From the sequence record PP885733.1: DNA of 64,000 bases; one strand, given 5' to 3'. Made by a program: the position numbers and the translations under genes. Under the pieces are notes generated by a model. The model searched no databases and was not told where the DNA came from. It saw nothing but the letters and a program-made list of their open reading frames with translations. Shown here one piece after another: positions 1 through 10,900 of the stretch (within the stretch, counting starts at the first letter, position 1; every line of letters begins with the position of its first letter).

Positions 1-276
1 AACTATGGTGATATGATTACCTGGCTGCAGTCTTACCTGGATGCCATTACGGACACCAACAGTTCTGTTACCTGGAAGCAACAGTTTGAAGAACACCTCA
101 AAGCTGATCTCCAGCAAGCTCACAAAGCAGCGCCTAAAGATATCGGGTTTAACAACCTGAAGGACTGGCCAATGTGTGAAGCGAAAGATCTGACTGGCTC
201 AAGTACGGAAGTGCTTATGAACGTTTGGGGTGTTAAAGAACTCATTCGTTCCTTCTCTCGTGGTGAATGGCGTTAA
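1..276 (+). CDS. 3' end of a gene truncated by the window edge, hypothetical protein
   Basis: Frame is open from base 1 (AAC TAT GGT GAT ATG...) to TAA at 274-276 and is followed by a hairpin. Confidence 0.6.
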   Translation, partial: NYGDMITWLQSYLDAITDTNSSVTWKQQFEEHLKADLQQAHKAAPKDIGFNNLKDWPMCEAKDLTGSSTEVLMNVWGVKELIRSFSRGEWR

Positions 277-285
277 CATCTAACC

Positions 286-313
286 TTAACTGGAACTTCC
301 GGGTTCCAGTTAA
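286..313 (+). terminator. Stem-loop (terminator-like) followed by TATG
   Basis: TTAACTGGAAC / GTTCCAGTTAA 11-bp inverted repeat; TATG at 317-320. Confidence 0.7.
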
Positions 314-333
314 GTATATGAAAGGTTTATTCA

Positions 334-3300
334 ATGATCAAACAAGACATCCCTCTTTACAAGTTAGACCTCACAGGAACTAGTGAGTTTAACCATGTCA
401 AGAAACAGTACGGCTCTCGTAAAGATGTCGCTCAAAGTCAGATCGTGATTCCGCCATTTGGTCCGTTTTATCAGAAGTCATTTAAGCTGACTGATGTGTC
501 GGGTAAACCTCTGGTATTGGGCGAAGACTACGAGTTCTACGGCATCATGAACAAACTGACAGCTTACACCGCTAAGCCAGTTGGTCTGTTCGTCCGTATC
601 TTGAAAGACGAGATTACGGAATGGATTTGGGATTATCAAGTAGTTGGTAACTTCAACAAGCTGACTAATGAAATCCTGAACATGCTTCACTCTATCTATG
701 AAGATGACCGTTATGTCCTGTGGGAGAATATCGAGAACAAACCGTTGTGGTTTGATCCAGAAATTCACTTACACGACCTGACCTATGAAATCTTCGGCTT
801 TACCGACCTGGCTCGAGAGCTGACCCGCGTTGCTCACATTCAGGGCACCCAGAAAGCAGCATCGGTATTGTTCCTTGAGAACTTCCGTGATCACATTGAG
901 TTCTACTGTAACTCTTTCCGTGCATTACTGAAAGGTATCATCGACAACCACGCTAACCACAAATATGACCAACATGGTGTTCGTAAAGAGCACATCGGTC
1001 TGGGATTGGTGGATAACAACTTCACAGCGACCCTGGAAGAGACGTTAGAAGGTTTACGTGATGATCTATTCATTACTCCTTATAACGCAGCACTGGCGGT
1101 TACAGCGGCAGCTGGACGTAACGATAAGTTATACCCATCTGGTAAACTCCCACTGTTACGTTATGGTTCGGATACCTTTATTCCTCCAACCATTGCTGGT
1201 TCCTTTGAAGGGTTAGGTGGGCAATCTCGTAACCACTGTGCAGTAGTTGAGTCTGATGGCACGTTGCTGATTCTACAACACCGTAACAACGGTAAATATC
1301 GCGGTCTTTATTATGTCCGTTGTTCTAACTACCGTTCACAAGCTGCTGAGTACGAGTTTACTGCTTATCAGTACACTCACCCAACTGCAACCGCTCAAGG
1401 TGCAAACCTGGACGTTGTGATTAACGGTTCTAACCGTTACATCATGGTTGTGGGTGATTCTGTTAAGAACATGTGGTATTGGTGTGAGACTCATAACACC
1501 CTGAACCCTGACCGTCACATTCTCCATCGCATGACTGGCGAATGGGTTAACGAGATGGCGACATTACCTAAGTCCACATGGAACTCAGGTTGGAACAAAG
1601 CGTTGGTGATGGCAGATGACACCTATCGTGATTACTTCATGATTCTTCAGTCATACCAGATTGATGACTTTGTCAATAACCGTCGTCCTGCATGGGGCCC
1701 ATTCTCCAAATATCAACGTGGTGGTATCAACGTAAACAACGCAGGGTATTCTATCAACGTTATTCGTAACTTGAGCGATGCTCTACAGCGAGCTACTGTT
1801 GATTTTACACACCCGGTGTTCGGTAACAGTAACGATAAGTTCTTTACCCCGTGGTGGCCAGAGCTGGAAGATAACCCAGTTAATGGGTACAACATCAAGT
1901 CATTGTTCGCTCGGTATAATCCACCGATGCGTGAAATGTGGATGTTCCGTACTGTCCACGGTATGTGGCGTAAAAACCCAAGTGGGACCGATTACGGATT
2001 CCGTATCCAAATTACCGGTAACGAAAGTTCAGGTACCTTTGAGAATCCGAACATTACTGGGATGTATCCGGTGTGGCGCGGTAAGATGACGTTCAGCGTT
2101 GATGGTACCGGTATTAAGGTTAAGATTGAACCAGGGCCTTCGAATGCTACCTTGTTCGAGGTTAACCCGTATGACCGCACCACAGCAGCATGGAAAGAGT
2201 ATGTGGCCAACTGTCACGATACTGCAAACATCGATGGTGCCGACTCCGTAGGTAGCGCAGACATTGGTGATGGGCTCCTTGCCTATTCCGATGGTTACGC
2301 AAACGGTATCTTCCCATCAGGTTACCAGATCGTTCAAACCGAGTACGGTAAAGGGTATGATAAGATCCTGGGTATTGAACCTTCTAAATGGTATTACAAG
2401 GGAATACTTTATTTCGATGAGAAGAACCCATTAGGTTTGGGGGCTTCCTTTATCGATCAGGCATGGATGACCGCTGATACTGACAATCCGAATATGTCCG
2501 GACTGTTATCGCGTCAGGGTAATACCAAAGAAGTTAAATGGGTATATCGTCGTTCTGGTTTTGCTAATGCTGACTGGACTCATAAAGCTCCGACCAATGT
2601 GTCAAACTACAATGCTCGTGCTTACCGCCACTACCCTCATGTCAGCGATGTGAAAGAAGTTGATTTGGGATGTAACGTAATCTTTAACCAGACGCCACCA
2701 ATCCCAACAGGGGTTAACAAGATCTCTCACTATAAACGTTTGTTCGCTTGTAGCTCAGAGAGTCGTCTTGATGGTAAGCTGGCGCAGACAGTTACCGACC
2801 AGACCAAAGCAAACGGCGATCTGAAGTTTGTGTTTGAAACTACGGTCAAGGTTGTTGACAACGTCGTCAAGTTCACCCATGAGCGTGTGGTTAATATCAA
2901 ACGTATGTTGGAAGTAGATCTGTTAGCTGTGTTTGGTCCACGTGGTTATACCGCTGATGACATTAAGAACACCTTCGTTATTGCTACAATCTTTGACAAC
3001 AATGACGGTCTCCGTGAAATGATCATGGTTCAACGTCATGATGGTAATAAGATCTACGTTGCAGCACAAGTTGGTCGTGTCTATCCCCAGGGTAACACTT
3101 CTACTGTCAATGGTGGAACGCATTGGGATGACGCTCGTTGGGAACAAATCTCTAACGTAGATGATCGACTCCTTGATCAGAACGCGAGAAACATTCCTAA
3201 CGTATTCAGACACATTAACTATAATCTACCTGGCGCTGGTAAGATCGCAACGGGTATGGTTGCTAGTATGCCATGGAAGAGTCGTAATGATGCCGGTGGT

Positions 3301-4029
3301 ATCACTGACAACTCCACAGTTACAGTAATGATCCGTTCCGATGTTAGCTTCTTAGCGACATACGGTGACGGTCGTTGTAACATGGTTTATGAGATCAATA
3401 CAGCAACAAACCAAATCGTCAGTGCTACATCTGTAGATGGCGGCTTCTGGGGGAGTATCATTCCTACCTGGATACCTATTCCATTTGAAGGAATTGTATT
3501 CAGTGATTTTGGAATCATGGACTTCGAAGGTTCCGGTTTGGGTGGTCGTCCACCGCGATACGATAACGTGTGGCAATCTATCACTGCTAGAATAATGCGT
3601 GCTGACAGAAACCAGCTAGGTATGACGAACATCATCACTCCGGCTTACACAGTTTACTTCAACGCCATTAAGAACGTCCTGCTTGCAGGTAAGATGTACG
3701 ATATTGACAGCACCTACATTGATATTCTTGACCAGGAACCAAACCCTGCGAATAAGACCTTCTATGTGTACGTGTACTACGCCTCTGGTGTCGCTGAGTA
3801 TCTCATTAGTCCAACAGTACGACCCGAGAGCTCAACGCAGTCATTGATCGCTACGGTGATCTGTGGACCTACCCAGATTGACCGCATTATTCCTTACAAC
3901 CGCTTCTCTATGAACGGTGTGATCATTAGTGCGAAACGTCAGGGTTCTGCTATCCTTGCTTCGTCCGGTACTATCGACGGCGTGGGTGATACATCTACCA
4001 TTCTGCTTGACAGTGATTTTATTCCATAA
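334..4029 (+). CDS. Tail fibre / virion structural protein, phiKZ gp131-like paralog 1 (1231 aa)
   Basis: N-terminal fibre motif HxxxxxxxHGVxKEHIGLGLVDN; IPPTIAGSFEGLG motif and C-terminal ~120 aa shared with the next ORF; family assignment from recall. Confidence 0.7.
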   Translation: MIKQDIPLYKLDLTGTSEFNHVKKQYGSRKDVAQSQIVIPPFGPFYQKSFKLTDVSGKPLVLGEDYEFYGIMNKLTAYTAKPVGLFVRILKDEITEWIWDYQVVGNFNKLTNEILNMLHSIYEDDRYVLWENIENKPLWFDPEIHLHDLTYEIFGFTDLARELTRVAHIQGTQKAASVLFLENFRDHIEFYCNSFRALLKGIIDNHANHKYDQHGVRKEHIGLGLVDNNFTATLEETLEGLRDDLFITPYNAALAVTAAAGRNDKLYPSGKLPLLRYGSDTFIPPTIAGSFEGLGGQSRNHCAVVESDGTLLILQHRNNGKYRGLYYVRCSNYRSQAAEYEFTAYQYTHPTATAQGANLDVVINGSNRYIMVVGDSVKNMWYWCETHNTLNPDRHILHRMTGEWVNEMATLPKSTWNSGWNKALVMADDTYRDYFMILQSYQIDDFVNNRRPAWGPFSKYQRGGINVNNAGYSINVIRNLSDALQRATVDFTHPVFGNSNDKFFTPWWPELEDNPVNGYNIKSLFARYNPPMREMWMFRTVHGMWRKNPSGTDYGFRIQITGNESSGTFENPNITGMYPVWRGKMTFSVDGTGIKVKIEPGPSNATLFEVNPYDRTTAAWKEYVANCHDTANIDGADSVGSADIGDGLLAYSDGYANGIFPSGYQIVQTEYGKGYDKILGIEPSKWYYKGILYFDEKNPLGLGASFIDQAWMTADTDNPNMSGLLSRQGNTKEVKWVYRRSGFANADWTHKAPTNVSNYNARAYRHYPHVSDVKEVDLGCNVIFNQTPPIPTGVNKISHYKRLFACSSESRLDGKLAQTVTDQTKANGDLKFVFETTVKVVDNVVKFTHERVVNIKRMLEVDLLAVFGPRGYTADDIKNTFVIATIFDNNDGLREMIMVQRHDGNKIYVAAQVGRVYPQGNTSTVNGGTHWDDARWEQISNVDDRLLDQNARNIPNVFRHINYNLPGAGKIATGMVASMPWKSRNDAGGITDNSTVTVMIRSDVSFLATYGDGRCNMVYEINTATNQIVSATSVDGGFWGSIIPTWIPIPFEGIVFSDFGIMDFEGSGLGGRPPRYDNVWQSITARIMRADRNQLGMTNIITPAYTVYFNAIKNVLLAGKMYDIDSTYIDILDQEPNPANKTFYVYVYYASGVAEYLISPTVRPESSTQSLIATVICGPTQIDRIIPYNRFSMNGVIISAKRQGSAILASSGTIDGVGDTSTILLDSDFIP

Positions 4030-4040
4030 GAAAAAGAAAC

Positions 4041-4070
4041 TATTGGGGCGATCTTTTGATCGCTCCAATA
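4041..4070 (+). terminator. Stem-loop followed by TATG
   Basis: TATTGGGGCGATC-TTTT-GATCGCTCCAATA (one G-U pair); TATG at 4078-4081. Confidence 0.7.
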
Positions 4071-4089
4071 TTTCTGTTATGAGGTTACG

Positions 4090-7000
4090 ATGAAAGATAT
4101 TGAAATTATCGACATCGACTATTCTGCCAAAGATCCTGCTTTTAAGAAAGAGGATGAGGTCGAAGTCACTAAGATCTCCGGACCTTGGATCATCCCTGAA
4201 GAAGGACCTGTGTACGCAGATTCCGTAAGGGTGCTCAAAGGCGGGTTAGATCTTATCCCTGGTACTGATTTTGAGCCCGTTGAGGAAGTTACTGACCTCT
4301 CACTCAAAACCGGTAAAAAGGTTGTTCTTTACGTCAAGCTGAAAGCACACATCCTTCAGGGTGGTGGTAAGCTTGATATGATTTACCAGCGTGTTGGGTT
4401 ACCAATCATTTCTACCAAAAAGCTCATTGAGACTCTGGAAGAGATGGTTATCAAAGGTAAGCCTGTTGACTGGGAAACTGGCGTACAGAACAAACCCAAA
4501 ACGTATTACCCGTCCTGGCATAGTCACGACATTAAGAACTCCAATGAACTCGTTGGGTTTGGTGGTCTGGTTGAACTCTTCTCTCGTCTGACCTGGGAAC
4601 AGGGTAACGAAGGGACCAAGATGCAGACGCTCCTGCAAGCTCTCCAGACAGAGATGTATAACAAACTGGACTATGTTCACAAGTTGAAGTGGGGTGCCAT
4701 CATGGACCACTCACGCAACTATAACAACCCTCACGGTGTTGTTCCGGGTAACGTCAATGCGGGTAACCTGAATAACTACGCTACGGCGACACCTCAGGAA
4801 GACTCCGAAGGCAAACGTGAAGACTTACGCTCTACTCCGGCCGGTCTGTCCCGTATGATATCTGAACAGTCTCCTGAAACTGAAGACTACCTGGTTCAGA
4901 ACGAACTCCCGTTTGGTTACTACGGTTCTGGTATTTATCTACCACCACCAATCACAGGTTCGTTTGAAGGTCTGGGTTCTGACGTTGAAAACTCTGCCTT
5001 TGTAAAAGAAGGTAACGGTTGGACAGTTGGTTTGATCCGTGGTTACGATGGTCGTGTTAAGAACCTTTATTATATCTATAATGAAGATATCCTTGACCGT
5101 ACTGGACGTTCTAAGTGGCTTCACACTTATGTTCAGTATAAACACAACACCATCTCCGCTGAACAGGTTCCTGACCCAACCCCAGAAGACCCTAACCATA
5201 CCCGTGATAAATACACCGCCAACATGATCATGTCTGGTTCTAACCAAAGTGTGATCTGTATCGGTGATGTGAAGGAAGGTAACCAACAGCAGGTTACCGG
5301 ACAAGACCGTTGGTGGATTGGGATCACTAACTCCACAATGGACCCGGCATCCCATACCCTGAAACCAATCAACATTACCGATGTAGTTAATGAAACTCCG
5401 TTAACTAATGGGCGTCAGGCGGGTTATGGTGCTATCTTCCATGTAGGTGATTGGGTGTATTACATCCATAACTATCAGGACCTGAAGAACGACGATCCAG
5501 CTTATACCGGTGCTGCTGGTATTAACAACTGGGAAAGTCGTATGTGGCGTTTCCGTTATTCCGATCTGAGTAATACTGCTGTAACGTCTATCACACTTCA
5601 GCCTGTAAACGTAACCTACGATAACCTTGATCGTCAACGTCGTACCGGCCGTAGCATGTTTATGATTCGTCACCACACTAATGCTGCTGGTCAGCTGGTT
5701 GAAGGCGCAATCAAATACAGTTACCCTATCCGTGACTGTGGTTACCACCGCCGTCGCCAGTTCATCGTTGTGCCTAACCCTAACAACCCTCGTTATGCTC
5801 GCGTTAAAGTTCTCTGTGTTAGTTACTCTAACGTTAAGAACCGTGAGAACGATGGTGTTCGCGGTTTGTGGCAAGATCTGGTAATTGACTACGACTGGGA
5901 TGTTGAAACCAATACGTGGACGTTACACTCAAGCTGGCGCAAACCAACCCTTGATGTTGACACCAATACTTGGATCGATATCAACCGTGACTGGAACCAA
6001 GGCTTTGGTCACGCAGAACACACCAACCGCTTTGTGTACACAGCGGGCAGTTACATCCCTGGTGTCGGGTTTGCATCTCTCGAATCTCTCCAGACAGGTG
6101 TACCTCCATTCCACGTTGGTGTTTCTCAAATCAACCGTGATGGCGACCCTCGCAAAGATTACGACTGGATGCTTCAGCCGATTAACTGGTGGGACAGTGT
6201 AAACCGCCATAATGCCTGGTCATTCCCGTTCGTTATGAAATCTCCTTTTGGGGTTGCTGGATTCCCTCGCTTCTATTCTGACATCTACCAGATGACGGAT
6301 GGACTAAGAACCACACCTATCGAGATCTTCTTTGCAGAGAACGAAGGTCAGGGACAGTCTTGCTACTACCGTATCACTGAAGGCGGAGCAGGTAATGACT
6401 ATACTGCTCGCACTGGTTTGCAGTCTCGTTATATCGATCGCCCTTTATACGGTCGTGCGACTAACTCCAACTTCGGGACAGTAAACGGTCTGACTTACAA
6501 CATCGGGATGGCGCATCGCCCTCGTCGTAAGAACTCCACTTCTCGCGGTACAGGTTTGTTCAGTTATGTTCGTCGTAACGTTCAGGCTAACCCAGGTGCA
6601 CCTAACGACTTTACCTGGCGTATCAATGACCAAGGTCAGCAAATCCAGCTCCCTATTGAAAGTAATGGTGACATCATCATTAACATCGATATGGATTATC
6701 GTCTGGATGGTCCGACTAAGGTTCTGTTCGTTCGACCTAACAAAGCCAAGCAAGTTCGCGTTCCTCGCTCTTTGTGGCAGGATATGGTTAAGAACGCGAT
6801 GGGTAGTCATTACGCTCGAGTGCTCGATATGGGGGTTAGCTTCTATATCTCTGCGCAGCCAGGTAGTGGTGGGGATCAACCATTCTCTATGTGGCAGGTA
6901 ACCTATCACCTGAGTGACAGTCCCGAAGATACCCGTTCCATCATCGGTATGTTTACCTGGTCTCAGAACGGTTCTGTCGATGGCATCCCTGTTGTTAAGT

Positions 7001-7899
7001 TCGACAACATGCAATACCCATTCACTGCGTCAGGTAATGCCGCGAGACCTTTGAAACCAGGTACTGATGCCAACATTAGTGCCCAAGGACCACACCACGC
7101 CATCAACCCTAATGGTTCCTGGAGTTTCATCGGGTATGGAGTTGGGTTGTCCGTTAAGTACCAGCATATGGAAATACTGGACTTTGAATCAGAAGGTCCA
7201 CAGAACCTTGAACAGTGCTGGTTACCTGGCCTACAGATCAACGTTCCAGGTAATATGACGGGTCTTCGTATCTTCTTCAAACGCCGCAACAACGTTATCT
7301 CTGAGGCAACAGCCGAGTGGTCTGCGAACAGCGCATTCAACTGGGAATACGGAAACCAAGTTCAGGCTAACTCCCAATGGGGTTGGTTATCAGGTGTTGC
7401 TTCTGAAGTATCTGGCGGCGCAATGGACCTGATGCAGCCATGGAAAGGACCTCTGGGACAATGGCCGGTTGTTCAGGATAAGTACATCCTGCTCGGTGCG
7501 ACATACGTTGAAGGTAACTGGTCGGTGTTTATCAACTCCGAGGTAACTGTAACCTTTAATGGCTTCAGTATGATGGCCAAGATGCAGAACTGGGATCTTC
7601 GTGAGTTATCTGACGAGTACAGGAATCAGGTATTTTATATCTATTGCTGTGCTAACGGTTCGGGTGCTTATTATGAAGTAACCAAAGTTCTTCGCAACCA
7701 TGACGCGAACAAAATCCTGGTGGCAACTGTGCGTACGAACAACCTCGGGATTTACGAGATCGAGCGAGCTCAGACATTTACTATCTCTGGCTTCCCAATC
7801 ATCCGTACTCGCAACATGGGTGTCCCGGCATCTTCTGGTGCTCTTACTGAACAAGGTAACTATCAGTTCTTAAAACGTAGCGACCTCTTTGCTGGTTAA
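4090..7899 (+). CDS. Tail fibre / virion structural protein, paralog 2 (1269 aa)
   Basis: HSRNYNNPHGV motif; LPPPITGSFEGLG; C-terminal FYIY...ATV...F.I.G....GVPASSG matches paralog 1. Confidence 0.7.
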   Translation: MKDIEIIDIDYSAKDPAFKKEDEVEVTKISGPWIIPEEGPVYADSVRVLKGGLDLIPGTDFEPVEEVTDLSLKTGKKVVLYVKLKAHILQGGGKLDMIYQRVGLPIISTKKLIETLEEMVIKGKPVDWETGVQNKPKTYYPSWHSHDIKNSNELVGFGGLVELFSRLTWEQGNEGTKMQTLLQALQTEMYNKLDYVHKLKWGAIMDHSRNYNNPHGVVPGNVNAGNLNNYATATPQEDSEGKREDLRSTPAGLSRMISEQSPETEDYLVQNELPFGYYGSGIYLPPPITGSFEGLGSDVENSAFVKEGNGWTVGLIRGYDGRVKNLYYIYNEDILDRTGRSKWLHTYVQYKHNTISAEQVPDPTPEDPNHTRDKYTANMIMSGSNQSVICIGDVKEGNQQQVTGQDRWWIGITNSTMDPASHTLKPINITDVVNETPLTNGRQAGYGAIFHVGDWVYYIHNYQDLKNDDPAYTGAAGINNWESRMWRFRYSDLSNTAVTSITLQPVNVTYDNLDRQRRTGRSMFMIRHHTNAAGQLVEGAIKYSYPIRDCGYHRRRQFIVVPNPNNPRYARVKVLCVSYSNVKNRENDGVRGLWQDLVIDYDWDVETNTWTLHSSWRKPTLDVDTNTWIDINRDWNQGFGHAEHTNRFVYTAGSYIPGVGFASLESLQTGVPPFHVGVSQINRDGDPRKDYDWMLQPINWWDSVNRHNAWSFPFVMKSPFGVAGFPRFYSDIYQMTDGLRTTPIEIFFAENEGQGQSCYYRITEGGAGNDYTARTGLQSRYIDRPLYGRATNSNFGTVNGLTYNIGMAHRPRRKNSTSRGTGLFSYVRRNVQANPGAPNDFTWRINDQGQQIQLPIESNGDIIINIDMDYRLDGPTKVLFVRPNKAKQVRVPRSLWQDMVKNAMGSHYARVLDMGVSFYISAQPGSGGDQPFSMWQVTYHLSDSPEDTRSIIGMFTWSQNGSVDGIPVVKFDNMQYPFTASGNAARPLKPGTDANISAQGPHHAINPNGSWSFIGYGVGLSVKYQHMEILDFESEGPQNLEQCWLPGLQINVPGNMTGLRIFFKRRNNVISEATAEWSANSAFNWEYGNQVQANSQWGWLSGVASEVSGGAMDLMQPWKGPLGQWPVVQDKYILLGATYVEGNWSVFINSEVTVTFNGFSMMAKMQNWDLRELSDEYRNQVFYIYCCANGSGAYYEVTKVLRNHDANKILVATVRTNNLGIYEIERAQTFTISGFPIIRTRNMGVPASSGALTEQGNYQFLKRSDLFAG

Positions 7900-7902
7900 A
7901 TG

Positions 7903-7922
7903 GAGGGGCCTTCGGGCCCTTC
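7903..7922 (+). terminator. GC stem with UUCG tetraloop
   Basis: GAGGGGCC-TTCG-GGCCCTTC directly after the stop codon. Confidence 0.55.
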
Positions 7923-7939
7923 CCTCTCAGGAGATTTAG

Positions 7940-10900
7940 ATGTATACAGATCCTAAGAAACCGCTACCCATTGCAACAGAAAAGAAAGACTACATCGGTG
8001 TTGTGTATAACGCGATTATCGAAATCGGTAACGCTCGTTATAATAACGTCGGTAATATGGAGTCTCTGGAGCAGCGCGTAGCGCAGGAGAAATCAGATGC
8101 TCAGGCTCGTATCGACAAGTTCGCTACTGATACTGACAACGATCTGAAAGCCCACACTAACTTACGTGGGGCTGTCCATGGTGAGACTAAGGAGACTGTA
8201 GGACTCGGTAACGTTGATAACTGGCCTATGGCTAATGTTGCCGAACATAAAGCAGGACAGGTGAAGAATAAGTTTGCCCATCCGCTTGGTCTTGCAGCCT
8301 TAGTTGCTGATCGATTGACGATCAACCCAGATATGTACATTCGTTCACGTATCCTTCCATTAGCTTCCGGCGGTAACTTGGGTTCAATCCCACAGATTGC
8401 TTATCGTTGGGTTGATGGGGATGTGGGTGACACGCTGTTCGATCCAGTTGAGTATTACGGTGAGACAGGGTTCGCATTCGCTACAGAAAGCGGTGTGCGC
8501 ATTTATCCTGACTTGATTGGTACAGATCTACTGACTCAGGTCGTAGCGTCCCCAGGACAGCCTAAGACGGCTATTACACCGTTGGGTGGTACTCAGGTTC
8601 GTATCTACAACAGAAACATTGATGTGCGTCGTATACGCCCTTCTGTGCTTCGTGGGTATTCTGATGTTGAACCAGAGGGGCGACTGATCAAAGCGTCTGA
8701 TAACCTGTTTGACCGTTCTTCTCTCTTCTATGTTGAAGGGACTACGGTTCTGGCACGTTCCTTTAACAAGGTTCGTCTTCCGTTCGATATCCTGGTTGCT
8801 AACAACCGTAATGGTAAGAACTGGAAAGGTGTTCTGGAAAACCGTGAGAACAGTCTTTACAACATACGTACTGAGATCAAGAAAGGAAACCTGGGTTGGG
8901 GCGATGACATTTACTTTACCATTAAGGTAGATGCTTTCGTATTCACCGACAACGGGATTGACGCTAAGAACGGTCCTGGTACTTCTGCTGAAACAATCGC
9001 AACACTGGGTGCGGAATACACCACCAAGAACTACACAGTTCCTGCTAATGGTAAACTCCACATCTATGATCATCCAGAAGGTGGTAAAGCAATCGCGATT
9101 AAACTTCGTGACATGATTGCATACACAGATGCTCAGCGTGAAACACTCTGGGGTCTTCTGAACACCTACAACGCAACAAACATCTCCTTTGCATGGGTTA
9201 ACCGTCTCAAGGGTATCTTTGCTCTGCGTATTCCTGTGGGTTGGTTGAGTAAGGATAAATCGAAGTATGTGAACTACTACGTCGATCTTCTCTACACCAC
9301 CACTGAGAATGCTACGACTAAAACCATTGGTTTGAAAGTAGAGACTCTCCGGGAACTGGATTCTAACATTCAGATTCTGAATGATAACTTGACAGTGAAC
9401 AAAGCTGGACGTTTTGTTGAGTCTAACGGAAGCTGTGCCGGTAACCCATTTGACCCTCGCGTCTTCAATGGCGCCTTTGATGCCAACGGCGGTCACGTAC
9501 ACGTTTACACGTTCTACAACCGTCAGTATGTGGGATATTATCAGCACAATGTTGACAGTCCCCTGACCTGGATCAACAACGGCGACAACATTACTCCGAA
9601 GCTTGAGAAGTATCTGTTCCGTCAAGTATCCACTATTAACAACGATGGGTTCTACGGTGACCACTTACGCCACATCCCTGTTCGTCAAACCGATGACATG
9701 AAGAACGAGTACATCACTCTGACCCGTGACTGGTTGAACAGCTATCGTTGGTGTTATGCCACGGTTGAACTGGATGACGTGGTAGCGCCTGTTACTGCCG
9801 CTGGGCGTAACATCGGTCCGCGCCGTTTGAATAACGAGTGGTTTGAACCTCCAGCTGGGGGTATTCCTTCATTCGTGATTTCCAACGATGAGAACGTAAA
9901 CGTGATTGATTCTACTCCTCGAGTATTCAACACGCAGAACAAGTTCAAAGCTTACGGTGGGTACGAACTGTCTTCGGACATTAAGAACCCAATTAAATTC
10001 GTACAGTCCCTGGACTTAGATGACGCTATCCTTAACTGGATCGCTATCAATGGCGGTGGATGGACTGAAGGCTACAAGCAGATGTTCCTCTTCCGTAACC
10101 AACTGTTCTGGTTCTCTCAAACTACCAGCGCTAACGAAATGAAACCAGATGGTACCGATTGTTATTACGGTCTCATCAAGAACGTTGTTACTGAGACTGT
10201 CGGTGATCGTACGGTTATTAAAGCACAAGGCGACGTTGCTGCCTCAGCTACCGTTAAGCCACTGAAGGTTCACCTTAAGAAGACTCTGCAGGTTGATCGT
10301 AAGACAATTACAGGTCTGGATGCCTATGACGCTACCGATGTTTACATCATGCGTACAGGTTCGGCGGCAGGTACAACTACCCGTCTCTGTATGGTTAACC
10401 TCGGTCCGTTCAATAACTTCTATTTCCCATTCCGTATGACCAATACTTCAGCCACAGAGTTTGATATCGCTCCTGTGGAAAGTGGTCTGTTGGATCCGGT
10501 CTTCCAATACGACCCCGCTAAAGGGTTCCAGGTTGATTACGATCTGATTACGGCTTATGGTACAAAAGCACCTGACCGTCTCCATGTCAACTTCCAGACT
10601 CCTGTGATGTTGAACAAGATGATGTGGTTCTTCAACCGCACTCCAGGGAGTTACTCCCTCATCTCTGAGACACGTGGTAACCTCGTGACCAATAACGGCA
10701 TCATGAGTAACTACGAAGGTACTTGTGTTTATCCAGTGGGTTCCATTGCGACTATCGGTGGTTCCAACGTACCAATCAAGAAACCTTTGATTGCACATAC
10801 TGTCGACTATCCGAATGACGAGTTGTTTGTAACTATGGAAGGTACAACGCCAGTTCTGTACAGCGCTAATAGAAACCCAGCCAACTATCCTACTGAACCA